Shown here piece after piece: positions 56,941 to 64,000 of a DNA stretch of 64,000 nt. How positions within the stretch are numbered: position 1 is the first letter of the stretch; every line of letters starts with the position of its first letter. Position numbers and translations under genes: made by a program. The notes below the pieces were generated by a model. That model was not told the DNA's origin. It was given only the letters and a program-made list of their open reading frames with translations, and did no database searches. The stretch comes from an uncultured bacterium (lineage in GTDB: Bacteria; Bacteroidota; Bacteroidia; NS11-12g; UBA9320): assembly GCA_963991985.1 (NCBI GenBank), contig CAXDRX010000001.1:116546-180545 (forward strand). The letters run 5' to 3'.

Positions 56941-57546
56941 TTATTTTTCTACATTAGGTTGATCGTACACAAACTCATCTCCTAGGCTTAAACTTCGAAC
57001 ATAATGAATGACTTTCCATCTCTCTGAAGGCGTAAGCATGTGAGCGTGAGAACCCATTAATCCTTTCCCATGTGTAATGGTATGATAGATTTTCCCATTA
57101 GGGAGTTCCTTTATGTATTGGCTTGTATATCCCTCCCAAGGTACACCAATGTAACCTTGTTTTACGACAGGACCATCATTGTTTCCATTTTTACCGTGGC
57201 AGTGCCAGCAATAAATCTCATATAGTTTTTTCCCTTGCGCAATATTTTCTTCCGTTTTTGGTATAGTGGACCTAAAAGTAGCAGCAGCCTCATAACCCTC
57301 CAAAGTATTTGGGTGAGGATATTGATAGTCCAACTGACCTTTTGCAATGGTTCCTTTTACTGGAAGTCTGGAGGACATCTTTTTCGGGTTATAAGACCAT
57401 CCTTCCTCCAACTGACTGTATGGTTCTGGTGTCTTTGAAATATACATATTAGGAGCATATTCATATCCTGGATGATTTCCTTTTGATGTACACCCTTGCC
57501 AAATAATAGTCAAAATTGAGATGATGTAAAGGAATGAATTATTCAT
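56941..57546 (-). CDS. actE: Alternative complex III monoheme cytochrome c lipoprotein ActE
   Basis: Lipobox WQGC, YAPNMY, CWHCH, ITHGKGLMG, ERW.VIHYV. Start moved to ATG 57546. Confidence 0.9.
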   Translation of the reverse strand: MNNSFLYIISILTIIWQGCTSKGNHPGYEYAPNMYISKTPEPYSQLEEGWSYNPKKMSSRLPVKGTIAKGQLDYQYPHPNTLEGYEAAATFRSTIPKTEENIAQGKKLYEIYCWHCHGKNGNNDGPVVKQGYIGVPWEGYTSQYIKELPNGKIYHTITHGKGLMGSHAHMLTPSERWKVIHYVRSLSLGDEFVYDQPNVEK

Positions 57547-58120
57547 CTTTTTTGGTTTTTTCTGTATTTCTTTCATAAAATTCAACTGCCCCTTCTTCCT
57601 TAATTAAGGCTTCAAATTCTTTTTTACTAATATTTAATTTTTGAGGTTCGACAGCGAGTACAAGTCTGTCATCTGTTTGGCGGATATCAATCAAATCTTC
57701 TTCAATACCATGAACCATTCTTGACCGAGCAAAAAATAAGATTCCCATACCAAAGGCAGTAAACAGTATCGTTAACTCAAATGTTACCGGCACAAAACTT
57801 GGTATTACTCGCCAATCCAATGGTTTTCCACCAATGATCATTGGCCAGCTTTTAAAAGTGCCAAAGGTATCGGTCATCGTATAGAGTTGTAAAGAAATTC
57901 CACACAAAAAACCAACCAAACCACAGAGAAACGCACCAAAAACTAATCTCGATCTTTTGACACCCATGGCCTTATCCAAATTGTGCACTGGGTAGGGTGT
58001 GTAACAGTCAAAAATCTCTATACCTCTTTCTCTCAGATTAACAACTGTTTGATACAACTTATCTCCATCGTTAAAAATACCGATAAGCAAATTTTTCTTT
58101 AGTATATTTTTTGCTGCCAT
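57539..58120 (-). CDS. actD: Alternative complex III subunit ActD (DUF3341)
   Basis: YTPYPVHNLD, WPMIIGGKP, PVTFE.TILF. Confidence 0.9.
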   Translation of the reverse strand: MAAKNILKKNLLIGIFNDGDKLYQTVVNLRERGIEIFDCYTPYPVHNLDKAMGVKRSRLVFGAFLCGLVGFLCGISLQLYTMTDTFGTFKSWPMIIGGKPLDWRVIPSFVPVTFELTILFTAFGMGILFFARSRMVHGIEEDLIDIRQTDDRLVLAVEPQKLNISKKEFEALIKEEGAVEFYERNTEKTKKDE

Positions 58121-58121
58121 A

Positions 58122-59468
58122 TTACTCTTTATCGTTGATTATACTCTTTACTTCTGCCATATTGATGATGGGCAGATATCTTAGAAATAAGAAAAAACAA
58201 GTGAAAAATAGGCCCAAAGTACCCAAGAACAGCGCGACCTCTGTAAATGTAGGCATATACAAGACCCAAGACGAGGGAAGATAGTCCCTATGAAGCGATG
58301 TTACAATGATAACAAATCGCTCAAACCACATCCCTATATTTACAACAATCGACATCATAAAAATGAACCATGGTGTTGTTCTAGACCACTTAAACCAAAA
58401 AACTTGGGGTGCAATTAAGTTACAAAACATCATCGTCCAATAAGCCCATGCAAAAGGGCCCGTGGCTCTGTTTAAAAATGCATATTGCTCATACTGAACC
58501 CCTGAATATTGAGCAATAAAAAATTCCGTTAGATACGCCAAACCAACCATTGACCCGGTTAGCATGATGACCTTTGTCATTGCATCCAAATGATTGATGG
58601 TGATGTAGTTTTCTAGGCTTAATATTTTTCGAGCAATCACCAATAGGGTGAGAACCATACCGAAGCCGGAAAAAATCGCACCTGCAACAAAATAGGGAGG
58701 GAATATGGTGGTATGCCAACCTGGGATCACTGAAGTTGCAAAATCAAAGGATACGATGGTATGAACAGACAAAACCAAAGGTGTAGAAATACCTGCCAAT
58801 ATTAGAGATACAATTTCGTATCGGTGCCAAGTGCGCGTTGATCCATTCCAACCCATGGAGAAAAAACCATAGACTGCTTTGCTAACCTTATTTTTTGCTC
58901 TGTCACGAATGGTGGCGATATCTGGGATAAGACCCAAATACCAAAACAGAAGGGAAACTGAAAAATATGTTGAAATAGCGAATACGTCCCAAAGAAGAGG
59001 TGAATTAAAATTCACCCAGAGTGAACCAAATGCGTTGGGCAAAGGAAGCACCCAATAAGCCAGCCATACTCTTCCCATATGAAACAAAGGATAAATAGCG
59101 GCGCATATTACGGCAAATATTGTCATTGCTTCTGCCGATCGATTGATCGCCATTCTCCACTTTTGTCTGAAGAGGAGCAGTATTGCCGATATGAGCGTAC
59201 CTGCATGTCCTATACCTACCCAAAATACGAAGTTTGTAATATCCCAAGCCCAAAAAACAGTTTTATTTACCCCCCATGTTCCAATACCAACCGTTACGGT
59301 ATTGTAAAGTGCCCATACCATCAGCATCAAAAAAAGGAAAGACACAGAGAAGCCCATCAACCAGCCTCGAGTCGTTTTACTTTCAACTGACTTCAACACG
59401 TCGTTTGTTACGTCCGCAATTTTTTTGTCTCCTTGAACAAGCTTATTTCTTATTTCTGCTATGTACAT
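58122..59468 (-). CDS. actC: Alternative complex III quinol-binding subunit ActC (NrfD/PsrC family)
   Basis: WAWDITNFVFWVGIGHAGTLISA, HMGR, SPLLWDVFA, PGWHTTIFPPYF, WFERFVI. Confidence 0.95.
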   Translation of the reverse strand: MYIAEIRNKLVQGDKKIADVTNDVLKSVESKTTRGWLMGFSVSFLFLMLMVWALYNTVTVGIGTWGVNKTVFWAWDITNFVFWVGIGHAGTLISAILLLFRQKWRMAINRSAEAMTIFAVICAAIYPLFHMGRVWLAYWVLPLPNAFGSLWVNFNSPLLWDVFAISTYFSVSLLFWYLGLIPDIATIRDRAKNKVSKAVYGFFSMGWNGSTRTWHRYEIVSLILAGISTPLVLSVHTIVSFDFATSVIPGWHTTIFPPYFVAGAIFSGFGMVLTLLVIARKILSLENYITINHLDAMTKVIMLTGSMVGLAYLTEFFIAQYSGVQYEQYAFLNRATGPFAWAYWTMMFCNLIAPQVFWFKWSRTTPWFIFMMSIVVNIGMWFERFVIIVTSLHRDYLPSSWVLYMPTFTEVALFLGTLGLFFTCFFLFLRYLPIINMAEVKSIINDKE

Positions 59469-59476
59469 TTTTTATG

Positions 59477-62400
59477 TTATGAGTGATGATTACTTTTCCC
59501 TTCCTCTTTTACGTTCCTTATTTTGGTCATATACATGATGGAGGGTTTCACGTCCAATTCTTCCAGTGCATGGTAAGACCTGTCATTTTCATAGAGTTTT
59601 GAAATTTTGCTCTCACGGTCATTTAAATCTCCAAAAACAATAGCACCGGTAGGGCAAGTCTGCGCACAAGCAGTCTTCACTTCATTTGATTTAAGTTTTC
59701 GGTTTTCTCTTTTGGCATTCAATTTGGTTTCTTGAATTCTTTGAACACAAAAGCTACATTTCTCCATCACACCTCGAGAACGAACTGTTACGTCTGGGTT
59801 GATAACCATTTTACCTAAGTCATTGTTAAAATAGAAATCGAATTTGTCGTTGTCGTAATATTTAAACCAATTGAATCTCCTCACTTTATACGGACAGTTG
59901 TTGGCACAATACTTTGTTCCCACGCAACGATTGTAAGTCATTTGATTCAATCCTTCTGAAGAGTGCGTTGTTGCCAAAACTGGACAAACCGTTTCACAAG
60001 GGGCATTGTCACAGTGCTGACACAACATGGGTTGATAGACCACTCGAACATTTTCATAATGAGATTGCTCTTTATTAATTTGACTTGTTTTTGCAATTTT
60101 CTTTTCCTCGGTGAGATATTCATCCTCGTGCGCAAAAGAATAGTAACGATCAATTCTGAGCCAAGTCATCTCACGACGTCTTATAATTTCATCTTTACCA
60201 ACAACAGGAACATTATTTTCAATACTGCAACTCACAACACATGCATGGCATCCGTTACACTTATTGAGGTCTATGGCCATGGCCCAATGATGCCCCTCTT
60301 TGTAGTCATGATTTCTCCACAGAGAGACCAAGTTGTGTTTGTGTTCGTTTCTTACTTTCGGGTTTGCCTTGTATTCGTCTATACTCGCTTCCCTTACAAT
60401 ATCTCGAGCCTCTATCGAATGATGGGTTTGTGTTTGCGCCATTTTCTGACGTTCCCCCGTTTTTTCTATCGAAACATTGGGTAGGGTGTATTTTTCTGAA
60501 GATTTTTTATGATTTACCAAAACATAGGCATTCGCCCCCAGATTGTTTAAATCATTTTGGGTTTTTGAAATGTGATTTCTACCATATCCTAGCGCAATAC
60601 CTATCGTTTGATTCGTTTGGCCTGGTTGAATATAGGCTGGCAATGTTATGCTTAGATTGCCCGTTGAAATTTTAACAATATCCCCCGTTGAAATTGATTT
60701 TTCATCTGCCAACAATTTGGAAATGGTTGCATAATTGTCCCAACAGATTTTGGAAACTGGATCTGGCATTTCATGAATCCATGGTGTTGGTGCATCACAG
60801 CCATCGCGCGGACCTACTTTTTGGTACAGGTTAAGCTCGAGATTGTTGTTGCCCAATTGCGTTTCTTGGGCAATCTTTTGAGCTTCTGATTCATAATTAA
60901 TGGAAAAAGAGACAGGTACACTAATTTCATTTTTTTCAAAAAAACCCTGTTCTATTGCTTCATTAAAATTGGAACGAATCCAAAATTTCTTTAGGTCTAG
61001 ATATGTTTTTGAAAAGCCTTCTTCGCCCAACACATTTTCACCACTCCAAGCCAAAAGTGACTCGTAAGCCTGTCTTGTATTAAACACTCTAGAAATTGTT
61101 GGCTGAGAAAAAACATAGCTTCCGTGGACCGGTTCAAAAACGTTCCAGGACTCAAGAAAATGATTGTCAGGACATACATAATCAAAATCCTTATTGGTTT
61201 CATCGAGATGCGTATGAATCGCAACTTTAAGCTCCACTTTAGAAATGAGCTTTTCTAATTCAGAACCAATAGGACTCGCATAAATAGGATTTGCATTTTT
61301 AACAATTAAAGCACCAATTTTATTGTTTTTTAAATCCTCAACAAATTGGTAAAATTTCTCCGAATCATACTTCGTGATGTTGGAATAATTTGTTAAATCA
61401 ATGGTTTCTCCATAACTGCCCAACATGTTATTAATTGCATTCACTATAATTTGATTTTCCACCAAATTAGAGCCGGATACTACAAGAGATTTTCCTTTGT
61501 TTCTCCAAAGAGATTTTGCTGCATTTTTAATCATTCCTCCGGCCACTTCGAGTTCATCCTTGATCGGCATTTGTCTCCATCCAGCCAATTTGGCAATTTC
61601 GTTGTGAAGTTTTATAAGATGCAAACCTTCTCTTGAGGCTTTGATGGGTAAACGATAGTCTGCATTCGAGCCAGTCATGGACAGGTTTGCTTCAAATTGA
61701 AAATGCTGATTCATATCACCCGCGTGATTTGGCGATTTAAATTCGGCATAATCTTGGGCATATTTGTTCGATTCGAGCCAAGTACCTAAAAAGTCGCAAT
61801 TAAAGGATGCTATTACTTTTGCTTTATCAAATCGGTAGCTTGGTATAACTCTTTTCCCAAAGGACTTTTCATTTGCCTTGAGCATACCTTGGTAAGAAAT
61901 CGCATCAAAAAGCACGTGCTCAACATTGTTATATCTATCCTTTATTTTTTCAATTGCTTTTCCATGGAGCAGGCTATTATCGGTATTAGAAAGAAAAATT
62001 ATTTTCTTTCCCTTGGTGGAAATGTTTTTTAGACCTTTCAAAATATTTTCATCAATTTTCTGCCAATCGCCGGTTACTAGCTTGCCCTCAATTCTTTCCA
62101 TAGGGCTCTCAATTCGGTTTGTGTCGTAAAGGGAAAGAAGAGATGAATGTGCATTTGCCAGAAGATTTCCACTTACGATCTTTGAATTTTTATTGGGTTC
62201 GAATTTTATCGGTCTTCCTTCTCGAGTTTTTACCAAAGCTGGAACAACTTGATTGTTCACTACAATAGCCGATGCATAATACAAGGCACTTGAGGGCGTT
62301 ATTTGCTCTGGCTTTTCTACGTAAGGCACCGCATACTTTACCGGAGTTTTGTTGCATGCTGCAAGCGTCACCGCACCCAAACTAAATCCAAAAATCTTGA

Positions 62401-62554
62401 GAAAATCTCTTCGATTGGTATTTAAGGCCTGGTCACCATCTATGGCTTGTTCAAGTGGTAAGCCTTCAAAAAACTCATTGCGTTTGTCTTGTTGAAATTC
62501 TGGAGAATTCTCTAGTTCTTCAATTCCTCTCCAATATTGTTGATTATTACCCAT
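59477..62554 (-). CDS. actB: Alternative complex III subunit ActB (molybdopterin-oxidoreductase-like plus Fe-S domain; Tat lipoprotein)
   Basis: YWRGIEEL, RRDFLK...LAAC, CNGCHAC, CQHCDNAPCETVCP, CVGTKYCANNCP, EKCSFC, CAQTCP. Confidence 0.95.
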   Translation of the reverse strand: MGNNQQYWRGIEELENSPEFQQDKRNEFFEGLPLEQAIDGDQALNTNRRDFLKIFGFSLGAVTLAACNKTPVKYAVPYVEKPEQITPSSALYYASAIVVNNQVVPALVKTREGRPIKFEPNKNSKIVSGNLLANAHSSLLSLYDTNRIESPMERIEGKLVTGDWQKIDENILKGLKNISTKGKKIIFLSNTDNSLLHGKAIEKIKDRYNNVEHVLFDAISYQGMLKANEKSFGKRVIPSYRFDKAKVIASFNCDFLGTWLESNKYAQDYAEFKSPNHAGDMNQHFQFEANLSMTGSNADYRLPIKASREGLHLIKLHNEIAKLAGWRQMPIKDELEVAGGMIKNAAKSLWRNKGKSLVVSGSNLVENQIIVNAINNMLGSYGETIDLTNYSNITKYDSEKFYQFVEDLKNNKIGALIVKNANPIYASPIGSELEKLISKVELKVAIHTHLDETNKDFDYVCPDNHFLESWNVFEPVHGSYVFSQPTISRVFNTRQAYESLLAWSGENVLGEEGFSKTYLDLKKFWIRSNFNEAIEQGFFEKNEISVPVSFSINYESEAQKIAQETQLGNNNLELNLYQKVGPRDGCDAPTPWIHEMPDPVSKICWDNYATISKLLADEKSISTGDIVKISTGNLSITLPAYIQPGQTNQTIGIALGYGRNHISKTQNDLNNLGANAYVLVNHKKSSEKYTLPNVSIEKTGERQKMAQTQTHHSIEARDIVREASIDEYKANPKVRNEHKHNLVSLWRNHDYKEGHHWAMAIDLNKCNGCHACVVSCSIENNVPVVGKDEIIRRREMTWLRIDRYYSFAHEDEYLTEEKKIAKTSQINKEQSHYENVRVVYQPMLCQHCDNAPCETVCPVLATTHSSEGLNQMTYNRCVGTKYCANNCPYKVRRFNWFKYYDNDKFDFYFNNDLGKMVINPDVTVRSRGVMEKCSFCVQRIQETKLNAKRENRKLKSNEVKTACAQTCPTGAIVFGDLNDRESKISKLYENDRSYHALEELDVKPSIMYMTKIRNVKEEGKSNHHS

Positions 62555-62563
62555 TTTTTTCTC

Positions 62564-63478
62564 TTAATAATGACACTTACTACACTCCAATCCACCATTT
62601 TGAGCTACGGTATAGAAGGCTTTTCCTTCCAACTTCATTTTTTTATGAATCTCCTCGTAGTAGTCGTTGTTTTTGGCATCAATACCACGCTGCCTATGGC
62701 AATTGATGCACCACCCCATTTGAAGATTACTGTATTGATATACCTTCTCCATTTCCTCAATTGGACCATGGCATAATTGACATTCTAAATTACCCACCTT
62801 AACATGTTGAGAGTGATTGAAATAAGCCAAATCGGGCAAATTATGTATTCTTACCCACTTTATTGGCTTTTGGTCATAGTCTTTGATGTATCGTGCTTGT
62901 TCAGCATCGTAGCCCACCGCATCATATATTTTTTGAATTTCTGGTGAAACTTCCCCATCGTATTTTTCTCTTGCTTGGACGCCTTTATGGCAGTTCATAC
63001 AGGTATTGGCGCTCGGAATGCTTGCAGACTTTGCATAGGAAGCAGTTGAATGGCAATATTGACATTCAATTTGAAGCTTTCCCGCATGTAAAGCGTGGCT
63101 ATATGCAATGGGCTGTTCAGGAGCATAACCTTTTTGGACACCCACTTTTTTGTTGGCAAAATTAAAAAACCAAGCCCCAAACAACAATATTAAAACCGTA
63201 CCAACAGAAAGAGAGGCAATAATTGGATTCCATTGGGACACTATGGGTTTTATTTTTGATTGAAAAAAAGAAGGTGAAGGAATCTCTCCCTCTTTTTCAT
63301 GGATGATTCTTTTTAGATTTTTATTGAGTACATTCAACAATAAAACCAACAAAACCATTACTCCTAAAAGAATAAGGAGAGAGGTATAGCTATTGGATGA
63401 ATAAAAGGCGGACTGAGCAAAAAGTACGTTTTGGGAAAGAAAAGTATATAGCGTGATTGAGAAGATTTTTTTTGACAT
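62564..63478 (-). CDS. actA: Alternative complex III pentaheme cytochrome ActA (no N-terminal monoheme domain)
   Basis: Five CxxCH: CQYCH, CMNCH, CQLCH, CINCH, CSKCH; QPIAYSH.LHAG; WVRIHNLPD; YFNHSQH. Start is ATG 63478 (track: TTG 63481). Confidence 0.95.
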   Translation of the reverse strand: MSKKIFSITLYTFLSQNVLFAQSAFYSSNSYTSLLILLGVMVLLVLLLNVLNKNLKRIIHEKEGEIPSPSFFQSKIKPIVSQWNPIIASLSVGTVLILLFGAWFFNFANKKVGVQKGYAPEQPIAYSHALHAGKLQIECQYCHSTASYAKSASIPSANTCMNCHKGVQAREKYDGEVSPEIQKIYDAVGYDAEQARYIKDYDQKPIKWVRIHNLPDLAYFNHSQHVKVGNLECQLCHGPIEEMEKVYQYSNLQMGWCINCHRQRGIDAKNNDYYEEIHKKMKLEGKAFYTVAQNGGLECSKCHY

Positions 63479-63507
63479 CAATGTATGGTCGAATCGTTAA
63501 CTCGAGG

Positions 63508-63515
63508 CAAATATA
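63508..63515 (-). promoter_or_regulatory. -7 promoter element TATATTTG for the act operon
   Basis: Exact TAnnTTTG 29 nt upstream of ATG 63478. Confidence 0.62.
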
Positions 63516-63561
63516 CCAAGTGGAATTGTCAGGGAAAAACATGTTTTTAACATCTATCAAT

Positions 63562-63999
63562 TTAGACGTTTTCTAAAGACTTAACTTCATCTTTCTTTCT
63601 TGTATCTACTAAAATTTGAACACACAAAATGTATAACGATACATAGGCAAAAAACAAGACGGAAGCCTCTATCAAACTTAAGCTCTTTAAAACAAAAAAA
63701 CCAAGCAAGATCGGAGCAATATTTAAGGAATACATGATGATGCTGACCTTGCTGTGCTTTTGTGAAACTTTTTTGAGCAAGATATGGTGCAAATGATTTT
63801 TGTCTGGACGGAATGGCGATTTGCCCAAATACAGACGGATTAAAAAGACTCGAAGAGTGTCAAAAATTGGGATAAAAAGGATAAGAATTGTCAAGAAAGG
63901 CAGGTTGGAAAAGCCTATTTCCAACAGTGAAATTTTGTTGTTTAAATTGAGAAACTTTAGGGCCATTATGCTTACAAAAAGACCCAAGATCATACTACC
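63562..63999 (-). CDS. MraY/WecA-family polyprenyl-phosphate N-acetylhexosamine-1-phosphate transferase, C-terminal part (enters from the right edge)
   Basis: GSMILG, IPIFDTLRVF..R...GKSPFRPDKNHLHH. Confidence 0.88.
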   Translation of the reverse strand, partial: GSMILGLFVSIMALKFLNLNNKISLLEIGFSNLPFLTILILFIPIFDTLRVFLIRLYLGKSPFRPDKNHLHHILLKKVSQKHSKVSIIMYSLNIAPILLGFFVLKSLSLIEASVLFFAYVSLYILCVQILVDTRKKDEVKSLENV

Positions 64000-64000
64000 C

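Noticed and set aside
59963-60484. 173-aa plus-strand ORF, and other 60-130 aa ORFs antisense to or out of frame within long genes (e.g. 23352-23738, 4435-4833, 30031-30405)
   Set aside because: They lie within well-supported genes, have no recognisable motifs and no promoter, and are best explained as shadow ORFs.
59477-62554. ActB as a catalytic molybdoenzyme (nitrate or polysulfide reductase)
   Set aside because: The actA-F context and the Tat/lipobox leader identify ACIII ActB, which is known not to carry a Mo cofactor.
1-64000. tRNA/rRNA genes, CRISPR arrays, IS elements, prophage, defence systems, frameshifted pseudogenes
   Set aside because: No spacer is longer than about 140 nt, no periodic repeats or transposase/integrase motifs were seen, and all recognised genes have intact frames.

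Overview
A compact, AT-rich chromosomal region of an aerobic Bacteroidota (inferred from TAnnTTTG -7 promoters, Flavobacterium-type act/cox genes, a T9SS-plug-like gene and an Lnb-like gene). About 58 tightly packed CDS, mostly housekeeping. No tRNA, rRNA, CRISPR array or mobile element was recognised. It holds two respiratory operons on the minus strand, about 31.5 kb apart: alternative complex III (actABCDEF, 63478-55563) and an A1-type aa3 oxidase with its biogenesis genes (23986-14990). Main finding: an apparent domain relocation. The monoheme cytochrome c domain that sits at the N-terminus of ActA in Flavobacterium johnsoniae is missing from this ActA (5 CxxCH, with the signal peptide joined almost directly to TM1). 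A closely similar domain is instead fused to the N-terminus of oxidase subunit II, whose CuA domain also carries a charged helical insertion of about 85 aa. Other observations: divergent hutI and gamma-carbonic-anhydrase genes share one CATG for their start codons; several genes look leaderless; a PtpA/DPP4/POT/proline dehydrogenase cluster; a small CxxC membrane protein after the cox genes; and a candidate structured intergenic RNA. All family assignments are from motif recognition and recalled sequences, not database searches.
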